Shown here piece by piece: positions 9,050 to 19,062 of a stretch of DNA of 64,000 bases. This DNA comes from a virus. Its lineage: Duplodnaviria; Heunggongvirae; Uroviricota; Caudoviricetes. Each line of letters opens with the position of its first letter. Within the stretch, counting starts at the first letter, position 1. The stretch is taken from the IMG/VR virus record IMGVR_UViG_2703718869_000013, positions 32,001 through 96,000 of that record. One strand, written 5' to 3'. A model generated the notes under the pieces. The model worked only from the letters and a program-made list of their open reading frames with translations. It did no database searches and had not been told where the DNA came from. Made by a program: the position numbers and the translations under genes.

Positions 9050-9850
9050 TTAGCGCGTTGCCGCGACAGGTACCAGCACACCAGCATCAAGCAATCGCTT
9101 CATCAGCCACTGCTGACCTTTGCCGGTTATACGAGTCGTGAAAGAAATCCTGCTTCCATTGCTTGTATCGATCACGGTTTCTTTAAGGGTGAAATACCCA
9201 CGGGATATGTATTCTTGTTTGGGGACGTTCCTGCGTTCACCGGTTGCGATCAGAATTCCGTTATCACGCAACCAGGTGAAGAGATAGTTTTGGCCCAGGC
9301 CGAGCACTTTGGCATAGTTGCCGATTAGAACCCCGCTGGCGGTAGCAACGCGTTCGGCGAATTCGACTTTAGGCGCATCCATAAGCATTTTTTGCTCCAG
9401 CCGTTGCTTTTGCTCTGCCAGGTCGGCAGCCAAACGGAGAGCTTCAGGGAGACTCTGCGGAATAGCAGGTTGTAATCTTCCGGCTCGATAGTCGATAAAT
9501 GTCTGGTTTACCTTCAGCCGAAACGCGGGAGAAATCCAGCCTGCGTACTCCACAGCGAGCAATTCATGGGCAAACGTACCGCCGCCACGGCCTTCGAACG
9601 AAACTATGCAATTCTGCATAGTTTCTTTTTCAAGCTCTTCGATGAGCTGTTTAGCTGACAGCGTTCTTAGCCATTGAGCTGGCGCTTTATGGGCACCGAG
9701 TCCGCTCGCTCTGTGTAGAGCATTAAGGTTGTAACGGCCAGCGCGGTCGGTCGTAATTTCAACACCACAAATAACGGGCAGAGTGGTTGAAGGATCGACA
9801 TTTTGATGAAGGTTTGATATATTCATATCCGCATTGAATGTTTGTTGCAT
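9050..9850 (-). CDS. kilA: KilA-like protein (KilA-N domain plus KilAC/ANT C-terminal domain)
   Basis: N-terminal VICGVEITTDRAGRYNLNALHRASG block is KilA-N-like; C-terminal LPEALRLAADLAEQK..PKVEFAERV..GNYAKVLGL block shared with the four Ant proteins; C1-operator-like site upstream. Confidence 0.7.
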   Translation of the reverse strand: MQQTFNADMNISNLHQNVDPSTTLPVICGVEITTDRAGRYNLNALHRASGLGAHKAPAQWLRTLSAKQLIEELEKETMQNCIVSFEGRGGGTFAHELLAVEYAGWISPAFRLKVNQTFIDYRAGRLQPAIPQSLPEALRLAADLAEQKQRLEQKMLMDAPKVEFAERVATASGVLIGNYAKVLGLGQNYLFTWLRDNGILIATGERRNVPKQEYISRGYFTLKETVIDTSNGSRISFTTRITGKGQQWLMKRLLDAGVLVPVAATR

Positions 9851-9919
9851 TTTTTCTCCAAATTTGCATCAACCTTCAATCACCAGCTCGAAATGGTGAT
9901 TCTTTGCACTTAGAAAACG

Positions 9920-9936
9920 AAATTTATTAGAGCAAA
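9920..9936 (-). promoter_or_regulatory. C1-operator-like site upstream of kilA (Op53-like)
   Basis: 16/17 match to ATTGCTCTAATAAATTT on the minus strand. Confidence 0.65.
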
Positions 9937-9968
9937 TTTTTCTGACTCGATCCAGATCGGGTTGGACG

Positions 9969-9998
9969 ATCTGCTCAGAAACCTGCCAGTTTGCTGGC
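9969..9998 (+). terminator. Hairpin AACCTGCCAG-tttg-CTGGCAGGTT followed by T7 (plus-strand orientation)
   Basis: Perfect 10-bp stem; T-run only on plus strand, so orientation is opposite to flanking genes. Confidence 0.4.
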
Positions 9999-10014
9999 AG
10001 GTTTTTTTCTTTTG

Positions 10015-11058
10015 TTAACCTATTGCTACTGGTTTTAACAAACCAGCATCAAGTAGCTTGCGAGTTAACCACTGCTGGCCTTTACCCGTTAATTGGGGCG
10101 TCAGCCGTATCTGGTAGCCATTTTCATCATCCAGCACCACTTCTTTCACCGTGAAATACCCGGCGTTAATGTACTGCTGGCGCGGTACGTTTTTGCGCGC
10201 ACCAAAAGCCATGAGAATGCCGTTCTGGCGCAACCATGAGAAAAGGGCGTTTTGCTTAAGTCCAACGACCTTTGCAAAGTTCCCGATCAGGATTCCATTA
10301 GCCGCTGATACCCGGTCGGCAAAATCGACTTTAGGGGCTGCGGCCACCAGCTGTTGTTCCAACTGCATTTTCTGTTCTGCCAACTCGGCAGCCAGGCGTA
10401 GAGCTTCTGGTAATGTTTGGGGGATCGATGGGGTAGGGGAGTTTGCCTGCTGCAATTCTTCCAGTTTGTCGATCAGCGAACGGCGGACCGCTTTTGACTC
10501 GCGCGCGGCGACTCGCAAGGCTTGTTTGTAGGTCATGGTGATGACCTCAAAAGAGCGCCCAGCCCTTGTGCCATGGGATTTTGCACTTTTTGTGTAAAAT
10601 TCACCTTCAAGTTCATCGAGTATTTTTTCGATGAATTTATTGTTTCTAACCTCTGGTTCTCCACATAACTTGCGTGCCTCATTGACCATCTTCAACAATG
10701 TTTGGCTGTCGATTGTGTCTCCGGTGTTGGGGATGACATTCACGGCTGGTGTTGGCGTAGCTGACGTAACAGGTGCTGGTTTCTCAACATTCAAATTTTT
10801 ACCGGTCACTCTATGTGCCTCCTTTCTCATTTCTGCTGCCACCGTTGCGTAACGTAGACGTCCTTGTTCAATCAAATAATCCCTGATCTCGGCTATCAGT
10901 AGCCTGTTGATCACAGCCTTATCTGTTCGGGTATAAAAACGCCTGGTTATCATGAAATAGTTGGCAATTGCGCCGGGGATCTCCCGTGTCGGCATACAGG
11001 CAGTATGCAGGGCGATTGCTTCGGCTATGTCATTACGGGTGACGAGAGGTTTTTTCAT
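10015..11058 (-). CDS. ant: Antirepressor Ant (module A), KilAC/ANT C-terminal domain
   Basis: 347 aa; start overlaps icd stop; about 93% identical to Ant of module B by eye; C-terminal ANT domain shared with KilA. Confidence 0.8.
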   Translation of the reverse strand: MKKPLVTRNDIAEAIALHTACMPTREIPGAIANYFMITRRFYTRTDKAVINRLLIAEIRDYLIEQGRLRYATVAAEMRKEAHRVTGKNLNVEKPAPVTSATPTPAVNVIPNTGDTIDSQTLLKMVNEARKLCGEPEVRNNKFIEKILDELEGEFYTKSAKSHGTRAGRSFEVITMTYKQALRVAARESKAVRRSLIDKLEELQQANSPTPSIPQTLPEALRLAAELAEQKMQLEQQLVAAAPKVDFADRVSAANGILIGNFAKVVGLKQNALFSWLRQNGILMAFGARKNVPRQQYINAGYFTVKEVVLDDENGYQIRLTPQLTGKGQQWLTRKLLDAGLLKPVAIG

Positions 11059-11276
11059 AAAACCCCCTGAACGTCGGCAGAGAAGGGGAGGTTCCAGTAA
11101 CTAAGTGAATTGCGCGAGTTAGTTGAAAAACGGGCAGTAAAAATGCAGGGGCCATCAGGCAATTGAGAGCGTGCTTCGTCTTCTGTTGCTGCGATAACGA
11201 AGTGATAGTGGTGTTTTTTACAGGAATAGAAACGCCAGATGAATTCTTGGCGTGCGCAAGGATTGGCATTAACCAT
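11055..11276 (-). CDS. icd: Icd-like small protein (module A), translationally coupled to ant
   Basis: 73 codons, stop overlaps ant ATG; paralogous to 39144-39365, 46770-46991 and 53290-53511. Confidence 0.7.
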   Translation of the reverse strand: MVNANPCARQEFIWRFYSCKKHHYHFVIAATEDEARSQLPDGPCIFTARFSTNSRNSLSYWNLPFSADVQGVL

Positions 11277-11289
11277 AGTTACGGCCTCA

Positions 11290-11480
11290 CTAACAGGTTT
11301 AACAACCTGCTACCCGCTGTCAAACAGGTGGCAGGACGTGACAGGGTTGACAGACTGGCGTTAGTGAAACCAGCAGGCCGAAGCCTCCCCATCACGCCCC
11401 ACCATAATTCGGGCGTAACGCGGTTTACGGACACAAAAATACCGCAATATCGGAAATCTGCGGTTGTCCGCACTAACATT
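11290..11480 (-). ncRNA. c4: c4-like antisense RNA region (module A) with flanking target repeats
   Basis: Conserved structured block with GGCTTCGGCC tetraloop hairpin; motif triples TTTGACAG/CTGTCAA and GTTAGTG/CACTAAC; exact RNA ends not determinable. Confidence 0.55.
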
Positions 11481-11589
11481 CAGGCTGTCAAACCTGGTCG
11501 CAGAATTTGCTACGACGGCAGAACTATAAGCCTGAACGATTAAAAGGTCAATATGATGCGAAAAGATAGCATTCGCGACTTAAAAATAC

Positions 11590-11606
11590 AAATTTATTAG
11601 AGCATT
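11590..11606. promoter_or_regulatory. C1-operator-like site upstream of module A (Op51-like)
   Basis: 16/17 match to the operator 17-mer; adjacent TTGTGCA-ATAAA-TGCACAA palindrome. Confidence 0.6.
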
Positions 11607-11701
11607 ATTTGTGCAATAAATGCACAAATGGATCTAATAACCTCTTTTTTTTAAAGGCGAAAATATGTACCCTAAATGGGTTATAAGGCAGGTGAGATTA
11701 T

Positions 11702-11833
11702 AATGAGAAGACTATTACTACCGTTATTATTTATGGCCGGGACTGTTAATGCAGCATCAAGCGTAAAGGAGATTTGTACCGATTATACGAAATACCTTGG
11801 GCACGTTTACGCCTTTGCGATCAATGACTATTA
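11702..11833 (+). CDS. Small secreted peptide (signal peptide then 26-aa mature part)
   Basis: ATG with AGGTGAG Shine-Dalgarno; MRRLLLPLLFMAGTVNA signal-like N-terminus; below the ORF-track size cutoff. Confidence 0.4.
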
Positions 11834-11855
11834 ATCCATGCGTAGGAGTGGATTT

Positions 11856-12173
11856 ATGCTGATTCGTTTGTTTTTAGTGCTTTCCTTTTTAACATTTAAT
11901 GTTTTTGCTGATGAAGTTGACTTTTCGAAGGTAGATTGCAATTCAGTGGAAACAAGAAAAGCTCTTATTGAAGAATATAACGAAATATTATCGTCATATG
12001 GAATAACAGTGGTTGATTCTTATAATCAAAAAACTATTCAGAAAGGAATAAATAAACTGGTTTGTTATGGGGTTTACCAATATTCAGATGGCTCTTCGGA
12101 GTATGTTATTTATAAAGCATACCCAAATAGTCTTGGTGAATTGATTAGTGAGTTTAAACCGATTAATGAGTGA
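11856..12173 (+). CDS. Secreted hypothetical protein
   Basis: ATG at 11856 preceded by AGGAG; MLIRLFLVLSFLTFNVFA signal peptide; track ORF starts at upstream in-frame ATG 11838. Confidence 0.5.
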   Translation: MLIRLFLVLSFLTFNVFADEVDFSKVDCNSVETRKALIEEYNEILSSYGITVVDSYNQKTIQKGINKLVCYGVYQYSDGSSEYVIYKAYPNSLGELISEFKPINE

Positions 12174-12180
12174 ATGGAAA

Positions 12181-12960
12181 ATGAAATTATTTAATGTAAT
12201 AACATTTTGTTGTGCTATTTTTGCTGGAAGCGCGATAGCTGATAATAAATTGCCAGATTGGCTTTCTACTTCAAAAAAAGATTATGATTTAGTAAGGGTG
12301 TTCTATTTGTCTGGATTTGCCTCGAAAGCAATGAATAATCAATTTGGTTATCATTTTCCATCTGAGTTGGTTAATGATTTTAAAGATAATGAATTTGCCG
12401 CTCAGGAAAAATGGAATACAATTTCAATTGTATATGGTGAAATAAAATCCATAAGAATGGTGAATAATGAACCAATTGTAGAGTTATTTACTCCAGGGGA
12501 AAATGCAACGCCACTAAATTATATCAAATTGAAAGTGTTGGATTCAAAACAAAACTCTCTGTTAAAACTAAAAAAAGGGGATGATATATATGCAGTGTGC
12601 TCCGGTGCTAATTTTAGGTTAGTGCCAATTCTGAGCAACTGCACTCCAGCAACTGACGTCATTGATGCTGCACTCTCTTTTTCTGGTGAATATATGTTCC
12701 CTGCTTTTGATTCTTTTTCACCTACTAAGCAAAACGTCAAATATATATTCACAAATCAAGATCCTGTTCAGATGATGAATTTTATAGGGTACCTATCCTT
12801 AGTCGATACAACGAAGGATAAGAATAAAATGGATATGGTTCGTAAGTGTACGCCTTGGAAGCCGGAATGTTCACAACAATTCGTTGATGTAATGGAAGGA
12901 TTTGATAACATCATGTATAAATATGAGAGGGAATTTAAAAATTACATAGAATTAAAATAG
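12181..12960 (+). CDS. Secreted hypothetical protein (possible Sim-like superinfection exclusion, by position only)
   Basis: MKLFNVITFCCAIFAGSAIA signal peptide; AT-rich; divergent from the c4-icd-ant module; track ORF starts at 12148. Confidence 0.5.
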   Translation: MKLFNVITFCCAIFAGSAIADNKLPDWLSTSKKDYDLVRVFYLSGFASKAMNNQFGYHFPSELVNDFKDNEFAAQEKWNTISIVYGEIKSIRMVNNEPIVELFTPGENATPLNYIKLKVLDSKQNSLLKLKKGDDIYAVCSGANFRLVPILSNCTPATDVIDAALSFSGEYMFPAFDSFSPTKQNVKYIFTNQDPVQMMNFIGYLSLVDTTKDKNKMDMVRKCTPWKPECSQQFVDVMEGFDNIMYKYEREFKNYIELK

Positions 12961-12992
12961 TATTTGAAATGATAGTCAATTTAAGTTTTAAC

Positions 12993-13020
12993 AAAACGCC
13001 CATTAAAGGGCGTTTTATTG
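12993..13020 (+). terminator. Rho-independent terminator (AAAACGCCC-attaaa-GGGCGTTTT)
   Basis: Stem-loop with T-run after stop at 12960. Confidence 0.65.
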
Positions 13021-13183
13021 TTTTACTCAAAACAACCTGACTCAAAACAACCTGATTGTGTGATAACCATATGATACTCCTCATTCCATCTACACTACCT
13101 ACTCTAACTTAATGATACCATATTACTCCCGGACGGCAATATTCCCACTCAATGGACAAATGACTACTCGTAGAATCGGGTAA

Positions 13184-13774
<591 letters not shown>

Positions 13775-13784
13775 GGGGGCTGAT

Positions 13785-14396
13785 ATGGGGCTTAATGTTG
13801 CTTCAGTAAAGTCTTATGTATCTTCGGCATTAACGACGACATTATTTGGCTCCGGCGTTGGTGAGCGGGAAGTTGGTAAGCTGACGTCAATCATCATGAA
13901 CAAAATGCTGTTCGCGCAAGGATGGCAGTTCTCTGTCGAAGTTGATGGTCTGGAGGGGGCAGACTTCTTTGCTAAAGACATTACCTACCACGATTACAGC
14001 ATCGAATATGAAACGATTAAAATCGGCGGAGGGAATATCCTTCAGCCAACGGAGCGTTCGCCTGGGCAGATAACAATGATGGTCAGGGACACTGTTGATG
14101 GCCTCGTTTTGGACTGGTTTAAGACGGCAAAAAGTCGGGTGATCAATCCTGACGGTACCGGGAACATACCATCTAAATATTTGCTCAATGTGCGTATTTA
14201 TCGGTTGCTGTCTTCCGGCTTAACCAAACTGGAAAATGAGATGACGGTATTCCCGGTCACTACCGGCGATGTCACCTATGCGCGGGATCAGGTTACGGAA
14301 TTTAAGTCATTCCCAATGACCTTCGCATTGCACAGCACGTTTAACCAATCCTCAAGTTCTTTGGCTTCCCTTCTGGGCTTTAGTTTTTCTCTTTGA
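13785..14396 (+). CDS. Hypothetical tail protein (tube-like position)
   Basis: 203-aa ORF, tight spacing in operon. Confidence 0.55.
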   Translation: MGLNVASVKSYVSSALTTTLFGSGVGEREVGKLTSIIMNKMLFAQGWQFSVEVDGLEGADFFAKDITYHDYSIEYETIKIGGGNILQPTERSPGQITMMVRDTVDGLVLDWFKTAKSRVINPDGTGNIPSKYLLNVRIYRLLSSGLTKLENEMTVFPVTTGDVTYARDQVTEFKSFPMTFALHSTFNQSSSSLASLLGFSFSL

Positions 14397-14410
14397 ATTA
14401 AGGAGCAAGG

Positions 14411-15292
14411 ATGCTTTTACCCCTTTTCCCGCTACCATCGCGGCCAACTGAATTGATCCAGTTCCGTCAGCCAAATATTGCTGATGCGATGCGTTTCAAC
14501 TCGATAACACCGGAGGAACAAGAACAACAGACAACGGCATATTTAAAAGCCTTGCTGGCTGAACCCGTGAAACATGATCCCCTGACATGGACGGCGCAGG
14601 ACCGGATTACCGCGTTATGGTGGATATTTACTGGCTCCCGTGAAACACCGGTCGAGACATTCACCTACACCTGTAAACATTGCGGTAAAGAGCATTATTA
14701 CGATTGTGATATGAATGCTCTGGCTGAAGATATCCAGGTCCTGGAAGTGGAACCTTTCATTGACGATATTGAGGTGTCTGTAGAGGGAGTACCTTATCAA
14801 TGGCGTATCGTGCCGCTTGATGGTTGGGCAATGGAAATGCTGGAGATGCGCCGTGCAGCATTGCCACCTGAAGACGACGCGGAATTCAAAGAAGCGATCG
14901 TTGATTTGCGTTTTTGGGAATTCGCTTATCAGTGTGAGCTTTATAACGATGTTAGTGGTACTCGTGAAGATCAGGCTGAGCGTCGTTATGAAACGATCAA
15001 ACGGATGGCCATTGATACTGAATTTATGAAGCTGGCGGCACACATCCGGCTGGCTCATGAAAAGCTCGAACATGGTTTACCGTGCTACATCGATAAAGGC
15101 GAAATGCGTCTTCGTCTCCCGCCGCACAAATGCCCAAACCAGGATACAAAGGAGTCCACAGAGGGTGCGTACACCCGTCTGTGGGTGCCCTTTCGGGCTA
15201 CCGACTTCATTCCACAGGTGGGGATTGAAAAGCTATCAGACCTTAGTGTCCAACCTGGTTTTGTATGGGGGTATACCGATTCAGGACGCTGA
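14411..15292 (+). CDS. Hypothetical tail-region protein with Cys-rich segment
   Basis: 293-aa ORF; CKHCGKEHYYDCD motif; upstream of sit. Confidence 0.55.
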   Translation: MLLPLFPLPSRPTELIQFRQPNIADAMRFNSITPEEQEQQTTAYLKALLAEPVKHDPLTWTAQDRITALWWIFTGSRETPVETFTYTCKHCGKEHYYDCDMNALAEDIQVLEVEPFIDDIEVSVEGVPYQWRIVPLDGWAMEMLEMRRAALPPEDDAEFKEAIVDLRFWEFAYQCELYNDVSGTREDQAERRYETIKRMAIDTEFMKLAAHIRLAHEKLEHGLPCYIDKGEMRLRLPPHKCPNQDTKESTEGAYTRLWVPFRATDFIPQVGIEKLSDLSVQPGFVWGYTDSGR

Positions 15293-15373
15293 AAGGCTTA
15301 CTGAATCCTATGCGTTTTTCCTGTTGGAGAAACTGGAAGAAAAACTTAAACCGAAACGGTAGGCGATAAGATC

Positions 15374-18300
15374 ATGGAAAGAAAAAACGCCAATATTGAC
15401 GATGTTATAAGGACAGTTGAAACCGCCAGCGCGAAAGAGCTGGAAGAGCTTGCAGGTATTCGGGAAGCTGTTGAAGATTTGAAAGGGGAACGAGTTGCAA
15501 CTGTTGATCCTGTCTCTCGCAGTGTGTCGGCATTAAATCGCACAATCGAAAATTCCCGGCCAGACTTTGTGGCCAATGCGCCATCCGTGGACCCTATTGT
15601 TGAGGCAATGAAACGGCTTAATTTAGGGGACGTTTCTCGTGTAGTTCAGGAGGATGTTGCTCTAGAGGAACCGCAGGCCAAATCAACTACGCGAAAGGGT
15701 AAAAAACGACGCAAGAAGGCTATAACAGAAGATGTAAAGGCGCAACGGACCGAAGCAGCCGAACACGCTCGCGAAATGTTCGGTCAAAAAGGCGGTGCGC
15801 AAAAAAGCCAAAACCAACGCGATGCGCGTGGTCGTTTTATTGGAAAGTCAGGGAGTAAGGCCGCAGCGGAAGATGCCCGTGCTGAACGTGCTGAAAAGGC
15901 CAGGCGCAAAGAGGATGATGAGCGTCTAAATGCTGAATCAGGTTTATTAAAAAAACTGTCAAAAGTAGCTGAAGGCATAGGTAACCCTTCAGAGACTCGT
16001 GCCGTCGATGCGTTAGGTTATGCCGTTGCTGGTCCATTGTGGGCAGCAGGGAAGGAGCTTGGCGGGATATCAAAAGAAGTTGGTGGATCGCTTAATGGTG
16101 CCAGAAAGTCTATTGCCGATGTGATTCGTGGCAATGACGATAACAGCCGTAGAAAAGGTTTTTTTAGGCGTAAATCGCAAAATAGTGCCGATGTCGTTCA
16201 GATTAACACCCAAAAACGGACGGTTCAGGAACTTCAGGATCAGACCAGCGAAATTAAAGAGGGCAATGACAAGATTCTCAGCGCCCTTGATCAGATAGCC
16301 AAAAACACCGGGAAAAAGAAGGGCGGCTTGCTGTCCAAATTATTTAGCCTGTTAGGGAAGGGGGCCGGTGGTATTGCCTCCCTTATTTTTGGCCGTGGGG
16401 CACTAAAGAAAGTTGGCTCGATGGCACTCGGCGCTTTAGGTATTAAGGGGGTAGGGAAACTAGGGATTAAGGCGGTCGCAAAAGGCGCTTTACGTGCAAT
16501 TCCGCTAGTCGGCACGGTGGCTGGAGGTATCTATGATGCGGTAACCGGTTGGAATGATATAGAAGCGCAACGCCGAGCGTTTGGGCTTAAATCAGGACAA
16601 GATCCATCATTCCAGCAAAAAGCCGCTTATACGTTAGCTAATGTTCTTGATATGGGGGGACTGGTATCTGGTATTAGCAGCGCCATTGGTGAGGTTCTCA
16701 AATCACTTGGATTTGAGGATATCGGCAATATGTTGCAATCATTTTCGACGGAAAGTATTGCCCAGGCCATTGATAGCGGGGTTACCAACTTAGAAACATA
16801 TATTTCTAATCTTGGCGACACCATTTCTACCAAGTTCGATGATTATACAGCAAAGATTGGTGATGCTATTTCTGCATGGTTCAGTGACACCACAAAGAAT
16901 CTGAACGAAAAATTAGACGCCATCAAAAACTTCTTTACTGTCGATAACCTGAAACAGGTTTTCAGTGATGCAATTGATAGTGCAATTGATTTCATTAAGA
17001 ATCCTGGGAAATACATTAAAGAGGCTGGCAGTAATCTATGGAGTGCCGCAAAAGAGCTTTCAGGTGAGGTTGCAGATGCCGCTGTTCAGAGCACCCCTGT
17101 GGCCTGGGTTGCATCAAAGCTAGTCAACAAAGCGGATGCGAAAGAGGTTACACCTGAATTAAAAACACCAGCTAAAGAAAGTCAGGAGGACAATGCTCCT
17201 AAGACTGAATATACCCCTAAAAAGGCTAATATTGTCACTCGTGTTGTAAATGCATCCCTAGATACGGCGAAAGATAGCAATAAAACAGTTAAAGAAACTG
17301 CCAATCAGATTATCAATGCAAATGCCGTAGAAACGGGCAATCGCGCGTTGCAGAAAATTGATAATGCTATTGGTCAAAATAGCTCATCATCATCGTCGCT
17401 TAATACTACTGGCACCAGGAATGACATTCAGAAAGCTGCGGATACCTACAACAATGGCAACTTAGATGTAAAAGTCGGAAGCCTTGGCGCTGAAGGTAAG
17501 GCAAATCTCGATAAGTTGGCTCCGTATTTTGCTGAACTAGAGAATAAATATGGCCTTCCTGAAGGTACTCTTTACGCGATCGCTGCAACTGAATCTGGTG
17601 GTGATCCTAACGCAAAATCTACGCTTACAAGATCACCAAATGGAAAGCTAAGTGGTGGCGCTCTCGGAATGTTCCAGTTTACGAGCGTTGCTCGTGAGGA
17701 AACTGGATTATCCCGGGAAGATTCTTTTAATCCGGAAAAATCGGCAGAAGCTGCGGCTCTTCTCATGAGCAAGTATCTGAAGCAAGCCAATGGAGACTTA
17801 AACGAGGCCATCACTGCATATAACGCTGGGTTTGGCACTATCAATAAGTGGAAAAAAGGCACAGGTGACTTATCGAAAGAAAACCGTGAGTACGCGATCA
17901 AGGTCAATACTCATCGTGCTCGCTATTTGGGTGGTGAAATCTATACACCTGGAGCAGGAGCACAGGGTGGGGCGCAATATGGAGTGAGGGGACCACTGCC
18001 TGATAACGCCGTTATCGATCAGTCTACTGGCCTGGCGTTTACCCCTGGTGATAGCCCGTTTGAGAAAGGCGGTCTGGTAGACAAAATCGGCAATGCTGTT
18101 GGCGTTAACGATCTGGTCAACAAATTCATGAATGGCCGGGGGATGCGTCGGGAAGTCGTTCAGGGAACCCTCGAAGAACGTGCACGAGGAAGGGGAACCG
18201 CAACGGCAGCTGGCAATGTGTATGTTGATACACCTATGCCAGTTGAAGAGGCACGTCCGGTAGCAAACAACTCAAGTTACTTTGACCAACTCGGTGCACA

Positions 18301-18706
18301 AATGGGGATTGATGGGCTGTATGACAAACTCATTAATGCCCGGGGAATGCGCTCAAATAATTCTCCTCAACCAGCCTCCACGTCCCAGGTGACGACTGCC
18401 GCCAACGATTTGCAGCAACCAACCGGTCGTATGCAGATAGACGGACAGGTTATTAGTGACCTTGGCGGCTCCGGTGCCAAGCCGACAATGCAGTTGGCTG
18501 ATAATACCGTTTCACTTGATGGTGAAACGAAGCGGCTGTTTGCGCAGATGACCTCATTGCTTGCCAGGATTGAAGAGCACACTAAAGACTCGGCGAAAGG
18601 CCAGGGAACTGTCGTAAAGGTCAGCACGCCTCAACCGGGCGTTATGCGCACGGTGCCACTGTCAATTGATGATCCGTTGATGAATGACTACGCGAGAGTT
18701 GATTGA
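15374..18706 (+). CDS. sit: Sit-like tape-measure / injection transglycosylase
   Basis: 1110 aa; lytic transglycosylase signature AIAATESGGDPNAKS ... GALGMFQF; Gly-rich membrane-like segment; size matches P1 Sit. Confidence 0.85.
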   Translation: MERKNANIDDVIRTVETASAKELEELAGIREAVEDLKGERVATVDPVSRSVSALNRTIENSRPDFVANAPSVDPIVEAMKRLNLGDVSRVVQEDVALEEPQAKSTTRKGKKRRKKAITEDVKAQRTEAAEHAREMFGQKGGAQKSQNQRDARGRFIGKSGSKAAAEDARAERAEKARRKEDDERLNAESGLLKKLSKVAEGIGNPSETRAVDALGYAVAGPLWAAGKELGGISKEVGGSLNGARKSIADVIRGNDDNSRRKGFFRRKSQNSADVVQINTQKRTVQELQDQTSEIKEGNDKILSALDQIAKNTGKKKGGLLSKLFSLLGKGAGGIASLIFGRGALKKVGSMALGALGIKGVGKLGIKAVAKGALRAIPLVGTVAGGIYDAVTGWNDIEAQRRAFGLKSGQDPSFQQKAAYTLANVLDMGGLVSGISSAIGEVLKSLGFEDIGNMLQSFSTESIAQAIDSGVTNLETYISNLGDTISTKFDDYTAKIGDAISAWFSDTTKNLNEKLDAIKNFFTVDNLKQVFSDAIDSAIDFIKNPGKYIKEAGSNLWSAAKELSGEVADAAVQSTPVAWVASKLVNKADAKEVTPELKTPAKESQEDNAPKTEYTPKKANIVTRVVNASLDTAKDSNKTVKETANQIINANAVETGNRALQKIDNAIGQNSSSSSSLNTTGTRNDIQKAADTYNNGNLDVKVGSLGAEGKANLDKLAPYFAELENKYGLPEGTLYAIAATESGGDPNAKSTLTRSPNGKLSGGALGMFQFTSVAREETGLSREDSFNPEKSAEAAALLMSKYLKQANGDLNEAITAYNAGFGTINKWKKGTGDLSKENREYAIKVNTHRARYLGGEIYTPGAGAQGGAQYGVRGPLPDNAVIDQSTGLAFTPGDSPFEKGGLVDKIGNAVGVNDLVNKFMNGRGMRREVVQGTLEERARGRGTATAAGNVYVDTPMPVEEARPVANNSSYFDQLGAQMGIDGLYDKLINARGMRSNNSPQPASTSQVTTAANDLQQPTGRMQIDGQVISDLGGSGAKPTMQLADNTVSLDGETKRLFAQMTSLLARIEEHTKDSAKGQGTVVKVSTPQPGVMRTVPLSIDDPLMNDYARVD

Positions 18707-19062
18707 TGGCCAACAATAACGAAATTGATCCTTTACTGACGCTGGAGTTATCCGGCGTAAAAACGTATGAGTCCCAGGAGGAGGCCTGGGGCGCTCGTTT
18801 ATATGAGTGGCTGAACACTTATCAGGGTGAGGTATACGGGGATCCGTCATGGGGCAATGTTTTACCGCAGTTTAAACACGAACCGACCAACTTGTCGCAT
18901 GTTCAAATTGCGGTTGAGGCAATGCTGTTGCAAAAACTGACGGTAGATTTACCTGACATACCGATTTCTGGCTTGTCAGTAGCCGAGGGAGATGCTTTTG
19001 ATAAGTTGAAAATATCCATTCGTATCAGGGATATAACTATCACACAGGACGTGGTGCTATGA
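18703..19062 (+). CDS. Hypothetical baseplate-region protein
   Basis: 119-aa ORF, 4-bp overlap with sit stop and with the next gene. Confidence 0.55.
   Translation: MMANNNEIDPLLTLELSGVKTYESQEEAWGARLYEWLNTYQGEVYGDPSWGNVLPQFKHEPTNLSHVQIAVEAMLLQKLTVDLPDIPISGLSVAEGDAFDKLKISIRIRDITITQDVVL

Noticed and set aside
9969-9998. Hairpin with T7 as the terminator of ant module A
   Set aside because: The T-run follows the stem only on the plus strand while ant is on the minus strand, so it is annotated as a plus-oriented hairpin of unclear role.
11702-12173. Possible AB5-toxin B-subunit resemblance of the small secreted peptides
   Set aside because: Similarity is limited to a few residues; lengths and cysteine spacing do not fit, so no toxin call is made.
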